A stretch of 64,000 nt of DNA. Origin: Candidatus Hydrogenedentota bacterium. GTDB lineage: Bacteria; Hydrogenedentota; Hydrogenedentia; Hydrogenedentales; JAEUWI01. Below are positions 9,537 through 19,495 of this stretch, in pieces. The notes beneath the pieces are model-generated. The model saw nothing but the letters and a program-made list of their open reading frames with translations, had not been told where the DNA came from and did not search any database. Every line of letters starts with the position of its first letter. The stretch's first letter is position 1. The position numbers were made by a program, and so were the translations under genes. Location of the stretch: the NCBI GenBank assembly GCA_034669905.1, contig JAXMOL010000033.1, positions 22,960 through 86,959 on the forward strand, given 5' to 3'.

Positions 9537-12476
9537 TTGCAAAATAGATCCACTATTCTAACGGTTACTTTGACGTCCCGTCTCCTGGTCTTAGTGGCGT
9601 GCCTGGCGGCTTTGTCCGCTCATTCCGACGACTGGCCCACGTGGCGTCATGACGCAAGCCGTAGCAACCACACCTTGGAGGCACTTCCATCGGAGCGGCA
9701 CCTCCAGTGGAAGCGGGTCTTGCCGCCGGTTAAACCGGCCTTCCACAAGGCGCGCCTTCAGTTTGACGCGGGCTACGAGCCGATTGTCGCGGAGAAATCC
9801 GTGTTTGTCGCCTTGCCCGATGTGGATGCCGTCGTGTCCTACGCCCTGGATACCGGGGCGGAGCAGTGGCGCTTTTACACGGCGGGCCCGGTGCGTCTGG
9901 CACCCGTGGCGGGGGAAGGGAAGCTCTACTTCGGTTCCGATGACGGTCACCTCCATTGTCTCGATGCCACCACGGGCACCTTGCAGTGGAAGTTTCGCGC
10001 CGTGCCTTCCACGCGAAAAATCTTTGGCAACGGCCGCCTCATTTCCGTGTGGCCCCTGCGCGGTGGGCCGGTCCTGGCAGATGGCACAATCTATTTTGCC
10101 GCGGGCGTGTGGCCCCTCGAGGGCGTCTTTGTTTACGCGCTGGACGCCAAAACGGGCGCGGTGAAGTGGGTGAACGACCGCTGCGGTTCCCTGTTTGGCC
10201 AGACGCCCCACGGGGGACAGGCCATAGGCGGTCTTACGCCCCAGGGCTATCTGCTCGTCAATGGCGATGACCTGGTGGTCCCCTGTGGAACCGCGAAGCC
10301 CGCCACCTTGAACCGGCACACCGGCGAGCTTATCGATTTTAAGCTCCCCGGTGAGGGCCGTGCGCCGGGTGGTTGGTTCATGATGGCCGATACCCAGGAA
10401 GCCCGGGATATTCGCCGGGGCAAGATCCAGTTTGACAGCGAGGTAAACCAGGACCTCCATGAGGACAAGCCCCAGCCGGGGGATGGTGTCCCCGGCATTC
10501 GTCGTCAACTTCGCATGGGGGATGAGACCCTGTCCTACGGCGATGGGATAGACGGCGTGGAGGGCACCATCCACAGCATGGCAATCGCGGGAGGACGGCT
10601 CCTCGTGACCACCCTCGAAGGGGCGCTCTATTGCTACGGCGCCGAAGCGGTCACGCCACAGACCTACCCGTTGGCCGTGCCTGTACACAAGGAAATTCCA
10701 CTGAGCGCGCCGGTTGCCACTGCGTTGGACGCCCTTCGCGTTCAGGAAGGCTATGCGCTGGTGCTGGGTTCGGACCGCGGAGACGTGGCCCGGCAACTGG
10801 CGGCCCATAGTGGGCTGCGCGTGTTGCTTTCCCTTCCCCAGGCAGAAGCAGGGGAAAAGCTCCGTCGCGAATTGGGGCAAGCGGGATTGCTGAATAATCC
10901 CATCTCCGTGTTAGCGGGGGACTTACTCCAACTGTCCCTGCCGCCCTACTTCGCCGACCTCATTGTGGTAGACGATGACGGGTTGATGGATTGGAGCGAT
11001 GCCCGCCTTGTTGCGGTGTATGAATGTCTTCGTCCCTATGGCGGTGTGGCCTGTCTTCCCCTGTCGCCCGATAGGGAGGTGCAGCTCCGCAGTGCCTTGG
11101 ATGACGCGGGATACGGCGAGGCGACGATAGAACGTGAGGGGGAACTGGTTTATCTGCGGCGGGAGGGTGCGCTGCCGGGGTCGGTGGATTACACCAAAGA
11201 TTGGACCGCCCCCGACGAACGGGTACGCGCGCCGCTCGGCATGCTGTGGTACGACGATTCGGTGGCCCATTTCAAGCGGGCGCCCCAACCGCACATTATC
11301 GGTGGCGTCATGGTTTCCCGGGACAAAGAATGGACCGGTGAGCGGGTGACAGCCGGCCCAGTGAATCAATTGCAGGAAGACGGCACCGGTCGCTTTGTCA
11401 TTGGGGAAGCCCGTTTCACCGATGTCTATACCGGGCGCGTCATGACCCGCGAAGAGGCCGAGGCTCGGATGGGCCCCGCACCGGAAGGGCCAGCGGAAGA
11501 CTTTCGACCACCCTATCAATACCGCCCGCCCTATGTGGACGCCTACTATGCGGAGCACAAGGCCAAGGGCACCAATCCCGGCGTGTTCCCCTTTCTGGTG
11601 AAGCGCGAGAAGGGTGAAATGGTGAATCCCATCACGGGTGAGTCTGAAACGCGCCGTTACGTAAAGAGCTATGGCTGTGACGGCGGCAATGACTACGGCC
11701 ATTTAATTACTATGCGCTCAGCCACCCCGGCCTTCTACGACAAGCGGATCGAAAGCGGCACCATCAACATCAGTGGTCCCCGTTCCGGCTGTACCAACAG
11801 CATCATCCCCGCCAATGGCGTTCTGAATATGCCCTACTTTTACGACGGCTGTGTGTGCAGCTATCCCTTGCCCACGGGCGCGTCACTGGTCTCCATGCCC
11901 CAGAGCTTCGAGCAGTGGACGGCCTGGGGACCGGGTAAGATCGGGCCCATGGCACGCATTGGTATCAACCTCGGTGCGCCGGGCGATCGGATGACCAACG
12001 AAGGCACGCTCTTCGTCGATTACCCCAGCGTGGGCGGGCCCTCGCCCGAGATTGGGGTAGCGACCGTACCCGAGCATCCCGATTTTTTCTATCACCACGC
12101 GGTGTTCCATGAAGGGGGAGCCGGGTGGCCCTGGGTCACCAGTTCCGGGGTGGAAGGGCTTACGTCCTTGCAGGTCACGGGACTCAAGGCGGGTAGTTTT
12201 ACGGTCCGGCTTTATTTCATTGAGCCCCAGCACACCGAGAAGGGTGCGCGCATACTCAATGTGGCGATACAGGGCAAAATGGCATTAGAGCACTTCGACA
12301 TCGTGGCCGAGGCCGGCGGCAGCATGCGCGGCGTCGTAAAGGAATTTACGGATGTCGCGATTGACGGAAACTGTAAGATTGCCCTCGAATCCGTGAAGGG
12401 TGCAACCCTGCTCAGCGGTATCGAACTGGTGTTCGCCGGTCTGCCCGTCGACCCGATCGTGGTCGCAGCGCGTTAG
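9537..12476 (+). CDS. Secreted PQQ-like beta-propeller protein with methyltransferase-like middle domain and C-terminal malectin-like domain
   Basis: DWPTWRHDASRS; repeated WRF/WKF propeller blades; GYALVLG...PYFADLIV...LRPYGG; TVRLYFIE...FDIVAEAGG...SGIEL. Confidence 0.75.
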   Translation: MQNRSTILTVTLTSRLLVLVACLAALSAHSDDWPTWRHDASRSNHTLEALPSERHLQWKRVLPPVKPAFHKARLQFDAGYEPIVAEKSVFVALPDVDAVVSYALDTGAEQWRFYTAGPVRLAPVAGEGKLYFGSDDGHLHCLDATTGTLQWKFRAVPSTRKIFGNGRLISVWPLRGGPVLADGTIYFAAGVWPLEGVFVYALDAKTGAVKWVNDRCGSLFGQTPHGGQAIGGLTPQGYLLVNGDDLVVPCGTAKPATLNRHTGELIDFKLPGEGRAPGGWFMMADTQEARDIRRGKIQFDSEVNQDLHEDKPQPGDGVPGIRRQLRMGDETLSYGDGIDGVEGTIHSMAIAGGRLLVTTLEGALYCYGAEAVTPQTYPLAVPVHKEIPLSAPVATALDALRVQEGYALVLGSDRGDVARQLAAHSGLRVLLSLPQAEAGEKLRRELGQAGLLNNPISVLAGDLLQLSLPPYFADLIVVDDDGLMDWSDARLVAVYECLRPYGGVACLPLSPDREVQLRSALDDAGYGEATIEREGELVYLRREGALPGSVDYTKDWTAPDERVRAPLGMLWYDDSVAHFKRAPQPHIIGGVMVSRDKEWTGERVTAGPVNQLQEDGTGRFVIGEARFTDVYTGRVMTREEAEARMGPAPEGPAEDFRPPYQYRPPYVDAYYAEHKAKGTNPGVFPFLVKREKGEMVNPITGESETRRYVKSYGCDGGNDYGHLITMRSATPAFYDKRIESGTINISGPRSGCTNSIIPANGVLNMPYFYDGCVCSYPLPTGASLVSMPQSFEQWTAWGPGKIGPMARIGINLGAPGDRMTNEGTLFVDYPSVGGPSPEIGVATVPEHPDFFYHHAVFHEGGAGWPWVTSSGVEGLTSLQVTGLKAGSFTVRLYFIEPQHTEKGARILNVAIQGKMALEHFDIVAEAGGSMRGVVKEFTDVAIDGNCKIALESVKGATLLSGIELVFAGLPVDPIVVAAR

Positions 12477-12525
12477 TCGCACGGGTGAGTAAAAGAAACA
12501 CACGAAGAACGCCACCGAAAGGAGC

Positions 12526-12680
12526 GCGGACATTCCTGTCCGCGGCAAGGCAGACTCGGATGCGAGAGCCCACGTATGGGCTGGAATGGAAACCGGATAG
12601 ATTCGGTTTGGGTCCAGAGCTGGGATGCGTGGCTTTCTACAAGGCGTTGGGCCAGTGTTTCCGCAGACAGGAATGTCCGC
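12526..12680. repeat. REP-like inverted repeat pair
   Basis: gcggacattcctgtccgcgg (12526-12545) and ccgcagacaggaatgtccgc (12661-12680) are complementary at 19/20 positions. Confidence 0.75.
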
Positions 12681-12865
12681 AATCCGAGGGACGTTTTTGT
12701 TTCCTATCTTAACGCGGAATGCTACTATGCACCCTTCGAAAAATTCCCGTTAATTTGGGCTGTGCGCTTGAAGGAACAAGCGACCATTACGGGCGAATAG
12801 GTGGGTTTGTATTTTCCGGGTTGCCCTGTAACCAGGTCGCCCTTGACGATTTCAAAGGAGAACTC

Positions 12866-13657
12866 ATGAAGAAGATTATCTGTAACGTGTTGGCGTCGGT
12901 CGTCGTTTTGTTCGCAATTGCGGGTTGTCAGAGCATCGGTGCTGATTCGGGCGACGTCAAGCCTATCAAGGCGCTGCTCATCACGGGGGGATGTTGTCAT
13001 GACTATGACGCCCAAACGCGGCTTCTCATGGCGGGCATTGGAAAATATGCCAATGTGGAGTTTGACGTTGTTCAGGAAGGCGAGGGCACGGAGCATGTGC
13101 ATTCTGTTTTCAAAAAAGAAAACTGGACCCGGGGTTATGACGTCGTCATTCACAATGAATGTTCTGCCGACGTGGGCGATGACGTGGGCAATGCGGTGGC
13201 CAAAGAGCATTTCGAATCCGGCACCGGCGCCGTTATGATTCACTGCGCCTTCCACACCTTCCGTAAAATGGAAGGGGATGCCTGGCGTGCCACCCTGGGC
13301 GCGACGTCCAAGCGGCACACCCACCAGAAGCCCATCGCCGTTACCTTCGACGAGCCGACCCATCCGATTCTGGTCGGCACAGAAGAATTCGTAACGGGCG
13401 ACGAGGAACTCTATATCATCGACAAGATTTTCGAGCATTCTCTCCCCATCGCAACCGGCCACCAGGGAGAAAACGTGTATCCCCTCATGTTCGCCAATGA
13501 ATACGGGAAGGCCAAAATATTTAGCGTGACGGTGGGCCACAACACCGAGACCTTCGAAATTGAGGAATGGATGCATATCGTGGCGAAGGGCCTGTTGTGG
13601 TCCTGCGATAAAATAAACGAGGACGGGACGGCAAAGGCGGGCTACGGCCCTCGGTAG
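12866..13657 (+). CDS. ThuA-like (class I glutamine amidotransferase-like) domain lipoprotein
   Basis: AAGGAG RBS; lipobox IAGC; ALLITGGCCHDY, HPIL...DEELY and GH motifs. Confidence 0.8.
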   Translation: MKKIICNVLASVVVLFAIAGCQSIGADSGDVKPIKALLITGGCCHDYDAQTRLLMAGIGKYANVEFDVVQEGEGTEHVHSVFKKENWTRGYDVVIHNECSADVGDDVGNAVAKEHFESGTGAVMIHCAFHTFRKMEGDAWRATLGATSKRHTHQKPIAVTFDEPTHPILVGTEEFVTGDEELYIIDKIFEHSLPIATGHQGENVYPLMFANEYGKAKIFSVTVGHNTETFEIEEWMHIVAKGLLWSCDKINEDGTAKAGYGPR

Positions 13658-13776
13658 TGGATCGCTTCAACGTTAGGGGGATACTTCGTTGGTCCCTTTC
13701 ATCTGCCCCTCCCGGACAATTCCCCTCTCCGGAGGGGACCTTCCAAAAAGTAATTTAAATCACTAAATTGGCCTGA

Positions 13777-13939
13777 GTGCCACGGGCAGGCCCGGTAGGG
13801 TTTGCCCGTGTAAAAACTCATACAGGCTGTAGACACTCGTAACACGTAAACCGAAGATGGTGTTCTTAATACAGGGTCTATGGACACTTTTGGATACCAA
13901 GACACGTCACGGGCAATCTTGATCGCCTGCCCGTGGCAC
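13777..13939. repeat. REPIN-like element with GTGCCACGGGCA arms
   Basis: gtgccacgggcaggc...ttgcccgtg (13777-13810) and inverted cacgggcaa...gcctgcccgtggcac (13908-13939). Related arms near 39629, 54412 and 55550. Confidence 0.7.
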
Positions 13940-14076
13940 CCAAAGTCCCTGCTGCGGAGTATGGCCAGACTTGAACTAGTGGTCTGAACTAAGCAGATGG
14001 GCCATTATTGAGCGCCTTTCCGCTGGGCAAGAATAGATTTGGAAACCGATGTGTGTTGTAGCGATGTTCTATGAGA

Positions 14077-14275
14077 CGGGCTTTCAGCCCTCCGTGGATG
14101 AAGCGGGCCGAAAACATGGGGCTTCGCCCCATGCTGGTATGTTGCCGGGCCGTTGGCCCTAAAAAAAGAGAAACGGCAACGACGATTTTTTCAGCGCCAA
14201 AGGCGCGCCCCATATCAGCCTGGGGCGAAGCCCCAGGAATAAGAACAAAAAATTATGGACAGGGCTGAAAGCCCG
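14077..14275. repeat. REPIN-like inverted element (CGGGCTTTCAGCCCT ... AGGGCTGAAAGCCCG) with internal TGGGGC-tetraloop-GCCCCA hairpins
   Basis: Perfect 15-bp terminal inverted repeat; internal tggggcttcgcccca and tggggcgaagcccca. Confidence 0.75.
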
Positions 14276-14389
14276 ATTCATTTTACGCAAGAAAAAAGCC
14301 TTCAACTACAGTTCAGACCACTAGAAATTCACCGCAACGTAATGACCCATCTGATTGATTCAGACCACCAACACCAGGAAACACCGGCA

Positions 14390-15373
14390 ATGAAGTATTA
14401 CGCCCTTCTCTGTATTGCAACCACGCTCACCCTGACTGGCGCGGCAACCGCCAACGAAAGCGTTCCCAGCGAAAAGCCCCGGGTCATTGTGTCCACCGAC
14501 ATTGGCGGCAGCGATCCCGATGACTTCCAGTCCATGGTCCATTACCTGGTCTATGCCGACCGTTTCGACACCGAAGGCCTCATCAGTTCACCACCCCACG
14601 AAGGGCGCGTGACCCATATTTTGGAGGCGCTTAGGGCCTATGAGAAAGATTTCCCGAATCTGCGTACGTGGTCATCGGCCTATCCGACGCCCGATGCGTT
14701 ACGGGCCGTGACCCTTCAGGGCGCCACCGAAGTGCAAGCGGGCGATCTCCCCGACGGTACCGTGAACGACGGGGCGCGCCATCTCATTGAGCGTGCCCAT
14801 GCGAAGGATAGCCGCCCCCTCTATGTGCTGGCCTGGGGCTCGATGACCGACGTGGCCATCGCGGTGCATGCCGACCCCACCATCAAGAAGACGATTCGCA
14901 TCTATTCCATTGGCTCCTGGAACACGAAACAGGACAAGAAATCGCGCGATTACCTGGTTAAACATCACCCCGACTTGTGGTGGATCGAATGCGACACCAC
15001 CTTTCGGGGCATGTACATGGGCGGCGTTCAGGACGGTGAATGGGGTAACCTCGGTTTTACCGAGGCAAACGTCACGGGCCATGGTGCCTTGGGTGCGCTC
15101 TTCATGGCGCAAAAGGCCGACATCAAAATGAGCGACACGGCGTGTGTTTACTACCTGCTCCACGGCGACCCCGATACCCCCGAATCGGCACACTGGGGTG
15201 GGGCCTTCATTCGTCCCGACCCGGAGAAGCGTCCGACCTATTGGCACGATAACCCGGACCCCGCGTTGGCCGTGAAAGACAAGTGGGGTGCGGTCACGGT
15301 GAACCGTTGGCGGAAGGACTTCCTGGAAGACTGGAAACATCGGATGGACCGGGCGCAGCATCCCAAAGAATAG
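14390..15373 (+). CDS. Secreted DUF1593 / nucleoside-hydrolase-like domain protein (paralog 1)
   Basis: Signal peptide MKYYALLCIATTLTLTGAATA; RVIVSTDIGGSDPDDFQSMVHYL motif. Confidence 0.8.
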   Translation: MKYYALLCIATTLTLTGAATANESVPSEKPRVIVSTDIGGSDPDDFQSMVHYLVYADRFDTEGLISSPPHEGRVTHILEALRAYEKDFPNLRTWSSAYPTPDALRAVTLQGATEVQAGDLPDGTVNDGARHLIERAHAKDSRPLYVLAWGSMTDVAIAVHADPTIKKTIRIYSIGSWNTKQDKKSRDYLVKHHPDLWWIECDTTFRGMYMGGVQDGEWGNLGFTEANVTGHGALGALFMAQKADIKMSDTACVYYLLHGDPDTPESAHWGGAFIRPDPEKRPTYWHDNPDPALAVKDKWGAVTVNRWRKDFLEDWKHRMDRAQHPKE

Positions 15374-15499
15374 AAAGAGGGGTGCGGCACCCGGGCGAGG
15401 AGGCGTTGGAGGCGGTAGATAGTGGCGGGTACGGGAACGTATTAGTTCAGAACGGGCGATTCATCGCCCCAAACCATTCCAGCAACAAGGAGTTTCAGG

Positions 15500-16480
15500 T
15501 TGATAAAGCATCGTTTCATCTGCGCGTTAGCCTACCTGGTAGCCAGCTATTTTACGATGGCGGATATCGCGGTAGCCGATCAACTTCCCCGGGTCATCGT
15601 GTCCACCGACATTGGCGGTAGTGACCCCGACGACTTCCAGTCCATGGTCCACTACCTGATCTATGCCGACCGTTTCGATACGGAGGGGCTCATCAGTTCA
15701 CCGCCGGACAAAGGACGGGCGGCCCATATTATGGAAGCCATCGCGGCCTACGAGGGCGACTATCCGAATCTGCGCAGCTGGTCCGACGCCTACCCCGCGC
15801 CCGATGCCCTCCGCGCCGTGGTCCGACAGGGGGCGACCGAGCGCCAGCCGGAGGATGTTCCCACCGCGATCAGCGAAGGGGCGCGACTCATCGTGGAACG
15901 GGCCAACGTCGAAGATGCGCGACCACTCTACGTGTTGGTCTGGGGCTCCATTACCGACGTCGCCCAGGCGGTGCATGCGGACCCAGGCATCAAGAAAACC
16001 CTCCGTGTGCATTCCATTGGTTCTTGGAATACGTCGATGGACAAGAAGGCCCGGGCCTACTTGTTTAATCACCACCCGGACCTCTGGTGGATTGAGAGCG
16101 ATACGACCTTTCGGGGCATGTATATGGGCGGTGAGCAGGGGGGCGAATGGGGTAACCTGGCCTTTCCGGAGGCCCACGTGAAGGGCCATGGCCATCTGGG
16201 TGCCCTCTTCATGGCGCAAAAAAAAGACATTAAAATGGGCGATACGCCGACCGTGCTCTACATGCTCCACGGCGATCCCAACACCCCCGAGTCCGATCAC
16301 TGGGGCGGCGCCTTCATCCGCCCCGACCCGGAAAAGCGGCCTGATTATTGGCACGACAATCCCGATGCCGCACTCGCGGTGAAAGACAAGCGGGGCGCGG
16401 TCACGGTGAATCGTTGGCGCAAGGATTTTCTGAGTGATTGGGCCGCGCGGATGGATCGGGCGCGCGAGAAGATGGAATAG
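15500..16480 (+). CDS. Secreted DUF1593 / nucleoside-hydrolase-like domain protein (paralog 2)
   Basis: AAGGAG before TTG start; same STDIGGSDPDDFQS motif; collinear with the upstream paralog. Confidence 0.8.
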   Translation: MIKHRFICALAYLVASYFTMADIAVADQLPRVIVSTDIGGSDPDDFQSMVHYLIYADRFDTEGLISSPPDKGRAAHIMEAIAAYEGDYPNLRSWSDAYPAPDALRAVVRQGATERQPEDVPTAISEGARLIVERANVEDARPLYVLVWGSITDVAQAVHADPGIKKTLRVHSIGSWNTSMDKKARAYLFNHHPDLWWIESDTTFRGMYMGGEQGGEWGNLAFPEAHVKGHGHLGALFMAQKKDIKMGDTPTVLYMLHGDPNTPESDHWGGAFIRPDPEKRPDYWHDNPDAALAVKDKRGAVTVNRWRKDFLSDWAARMDRAREKME

Positions 16481-16494
16481 CTGAACCAGAATAA

Positions 16495-16581
16495 GTGTTC
16501 AGAGATGACACCGAAATATTCCTTAAAACCATAATCCCCAGCCGCAAAGCGACGCGCCACTATCTGGGAGTATCCGAATGA
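16495..16581 (+). pseudogene. 3' remnant of a BrnT-like toxin gene
   Basis: Reads VFRDDTEIFLKTIIPSRKATRHYLGVSE*. Its stop overlaps the antitoxin start (ATGA); an in-frame TAA lies immediately upstream. Confidence 0.7.
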
Positions 16582-16862
16582 AACGCCATACGTTGGACAA
16601 AGAAGAGCAAGAAACTCTTGACGCTTTCGAAGGTGGGGAGTTGGAATCCGCGCTCACCCCGGAACGACGAGACCAACTTGCCTCCATCGCCCGGGATACC
16701 TTCAAGAAAGACCAGCGCATCAATATCCGTCTTTCCGCGCATGACCTGGATGGATTGAAGCGGCGCGCCCTGGCCGAGGGCATCCCCTATCAGACGCTGG
16801 TGTCGAGCATCCTCCATAAGTACGTCTCCGGTAGTCTTTACGATGTCAACGCGGGGAAGTAA
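16578..16862 (+). CDS. CopG/BrnA-like ribbon-helix-helix antitoxin
   Basis: KKDQRINIRLS...LKRRALAEGIPYQTLVSSILHKY. Confidence 0.85.
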   Translation: MKRHTLDKEEQETLDAFEGGELESALTPERRDQLASIARDTFKKDQRINIRLSAHDLDGLKRRALAEGIPYQTLVSSILHKYVSGSLYDVNAGK

Positions 16863-16961
16863 GGGAACTTGTCTCCAGCATATTGCCATTGGGAATCTAC
16901 CCTGATGCCCCGCCAAATTTCCGCGCCCCCATGCCCCCCTGAAATTCACTCGTATTCGCCC

Positions 16962-17369
16962 ATGAGCACACCCCGAAAATCAGCAGTCTATCTCGCCTGT
17001 GCCATGGTGGTCCTTATACTTGGCCTGGCATCACGGCGCTATGGGACCTACCTGCCCCCATCCGTCGCAACCTATGCGGGGGACACCCTGTGGGCGCTCC
17101 TGGTCTTCCTGGGAGGCAGTGCCCTGATGCCCGGGCTTCGCTTGTCCTATCGGGCGGGAATGGCCGTTGCCTTCGCGTTTTTCATCGAGCTGGGTCAGCT
17201 GTATCATGCGCCGTGGATCGACGGGCTGCGCGACACCACCCTTGGCGGTCTGGTGCTGGGCTTCGGGTTTCTGTGGTCGGATCTGCTCTGCTACCTGGTG
17301 GGGATTGGCATGGGGGTCGCGGCGGATTGGGCCGTGCGGGGACTGCACCGACGCGATGTCGGTAGGTGA
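16962..17369 (+). CDS. DUF2809 family membrane protein
   Basis: GLASR...YAGDTLWA...IELGQLYHAPWID..R...GGLVLGFGFLWSDLLCY. Confidence 0.8.
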   Translation: MSTPRKSAVYLACAMVVLILGLASRRYGTYLPPSVATYAGDTLWALLVFLGGSALMPGLRLSYRAGMAVAFAFFIELGQLYHAPWIDGLRDTTLGGLVLGFGFLWSDLLCYLVGIGMGVAADWAVRGLHRRDVGR

Positions 17370-17425
17370 GGCCGGTGTTCGCAGGGGCGAGCGAGGGCGT
17401 GTCGTCATGGAGGAAGAAACGGGAC

Positions 17426-17601
17426 GTCGGGGCTGTCCCCCTCTTAAAGACGACCGCGGCCTTCGACGCTACGCATAGTAGCCCTTCGCGTGTCCTGCAC
17501 CCATAAGCTCCCCCGCTTCGCTCCTCCGCGTAAGGGTGGCACCCTTAGAGTCATCTGCTTTGAGAGGAGGCAGCGCTCTTCAAGAGGGGGACAGCCTCGA
17601 C
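17426..17601. repeat. Composite element: 25-bp inverted repeats enclosing a 48-bp repeat unit (17497-17544)
   Basis: Outer arms complementary at 23/25. The inner 48 bp is identical to the reverse complement of 39578-39625. Confidence 0.8.
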
Positions 17602-17761
17602 GGGCATCGCTTCCGGCCCAGTCCGACACTTCCTCGTTCGCCAAGTCGCAACTCCTTCGAACACATCGTGCACGCGGTCGAGGCAGTCCCCATAGAAAAC
17701 GCCCGGTGACCAAGGGCACCGGGCGTTCCATTCAATCAAGCTATCTAAACTAAGCGATGGC

Positions 17762-19222
17762 CTAGTAGCGGTAGTGGTCGGGCTTGTAGGGGCCTTCTTT
17801 GGGGATGCTCATGTACTTGGACTGGGCGTCGGTAAGGACGTCGAGACGGGCACCGAGTTTCTCCAGGTGGAGGCGGGCCACTTCTTCGTCGAGCAACTTG
17901 GGCAGGGTATAGACCTTGCCGACTTCGTATTTTTCGGGCTCGGTGAAGAGGGCAATCTGCGCCAGGGTCTGGTTGGCGAAGGAGTTGGACATGACGAAGG
18001 AGGGGTGGCCGGTGGCACAACCCAGGTTTACCAGACGGCCTTTGGCAAGGACGATGATGGACTTTCCGTCAGGGAAGGTAAACTTGTCGACCTGGGGTTT
18101 GATTTCCAGTTCGACCACGCCGGGCATGTTCTCCAGTGCGGCAATCTGAATCTCGGAGTCAAAGTGGCCGATGTTGCAGACAATCGAGTTGTCCTTCATG
18201 GCCTTCATGTGCTCGAGGGTGATGACGTCGGCGCAGCCCGTGGTGGTGACGAAGATGTCGCCCTGGGTGGCGGCTTCGGCCATGGGAAGGACTTCGTAGC
18301 CTTCCATGCAGGCCTGGAGGGCACAGATGGGGTCGATTTCCGTGACCATCACGCGGGCTCCGAGGCCCTTCATGGCGTCGGCACAGCCCTTACCCACGTC
18401 ACCGTAACCGGCGACGACGACGACCTTACCGGCGATCATCACGTCGGTGGCGCGCTTGATGCCATCGGCGAGGGATTCGCGGCAGCCATAGAGGTTGTCG
18501 AACTTGGACTTGGTGACCGAGTCGTTCACGTTCATGGCGCGGGTGCGGAGTTCGCCTTTTTCCATCATCTGGTAAAGACGGTGCACACCGGTGGTGGTTT
18601 CTTCCGAAACGCCAATCCAGTTATCGATGGTCTTGTGCCAGCGGTTGGGATCTTCCGCGTGGACCTTGTGGAGGAGCGTGTCGACCACTTCGATTTCTTC
18701 GTTGTCCGTGCAGATTTCGGGGAGCGTGCCGTGGGCATTGTAGTGCTTTTCGAAATCGTAGCCACGGTGGATGAGGAGCGTGGCGTCACCACCGTCGTCC
18801 ACGATCATGTTCAGCGTGCGGCCGCCGGAGAAGAGCATGGCCTGGTAGGTGCACCACCAGTATTCTTCCAGGGATTCGCCCTTCCAGGCGAAGACGGGCA
18901 CGCCGGTCTTGGCGATGGCGGCGGCGGCGTGGTCCTGCGTCGAGAAGATGTTGCAGCTGGCCCAGCGCACTTCGGCACCGAGGGCGACGAGGGTTTCAAT
19001 CAACACGGCCGTCTGGATGGTCATGTGGAGGGAGCCCATTATGACGGCACCCTTGAGGGGCTTGTCGGCGGCGTACCGATCGCGGATGGCGACGAGGCCG
19101 GGCATTTCGATTTCTGCGATGTCGAGTTCTTTGCGGCCCCAGTCGGCCAGGCTCATGTCCGCAACCTTGTAAGGCAGGGCGGGGTCGATAGCCGGAATTC
19201 GGTCTGTGGTGGCAACAGCCAT
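17762..19222 (-). CDS. ahcY: Adenosylhomocysteinase
   Basis: [52 protein letters not shown]-terminal HYRY; AAGGAG RBS. Confidence 0.98.
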   Translation of the reverse strand: MAVATTDRIPAIDPALPYKVADMSLADWGRKELDIAEIEMPGLVAIRDRYAADKPLKGAVIMGSLHMTIQTAVLIETLVALGAEVRWASCNIFSTQDHAAAAIAKTGVPVFAWKGESLEEYWWCTYQAMLFSGGRTLNMIVDDGGDATLLIHRGYDFEKHYNAHGTLPEICTDNEEIEVVDTLLHKVHAEDPNRWHKTIDNWIGVSEETTTGVHRLYQMMEKGELRTRAMNVNDSVTKSKFDNLYGCRESLADGIKRATDVMIAGKVVVVAGYGDVGKGCADAMKGLGARVMVTEIDPICALQACMEGYEVLPMAEAATQGDIFVTTTGCADVITLEHMKAMKDNSIVCNIGHFDSEIQIAALENMPGVVELEIKPQVDKFTFPDGKSIIVLAKGRLVNLGCATGHPSFVMSNSFANQTLAQIALFTEPEKYEVGKVYTLPKLLDEEVARLHLEKLGARLDVLTDAQSKYMSIPKEGPYKPDHYRY

Positions 19223-19341
19223 GGTGTATTCTCCTTGTTTTCTCAATGGGTTTTACGTGAAAAATCGGTATGTAACCGGAGGCCGAGGGCCTCTGAGTGC
19301 AGCGCGAGGCCACAGCGGGTTAGCGGGGGTTAAGAGCGCAG

Positions 19342-19371
19342 AGTATAGTAGCTGCCTTCAATTTCTATCAA
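19342..19371 (-). promoter_or_regulatory. Putative sigma-70 promoter for ahcY
   Basis: Minus strand TTGATA-N18-TATACT about 120 nt upstream of the start. Confidence 0.45.
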
Positions 19372-19495
19372 GTTTCGTAATTCTGTTTTTCAGGGGGCTT
19401 CCCAGCGCTGCGGTTCCTTTCCCCTCCGGGGGGCGCTGGCTGGCGGGGTGGGCCCGTCGCAACAGGCGGAAGTTCAAACTGTCTGAATCGTCGCA

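Noticed and set aside
19223..19495. SAH riboswitch upstream of ahcY
   Set aside because: A partial GTTGCGACGGG...CCCGCCAG match (about 19440-19463, minus strand) lacks the GAGGAGCG / CAGGCUC P1 and the pseudoknot partner. It also lies upstream of the likely promoter. An Rfam scan would settle it.
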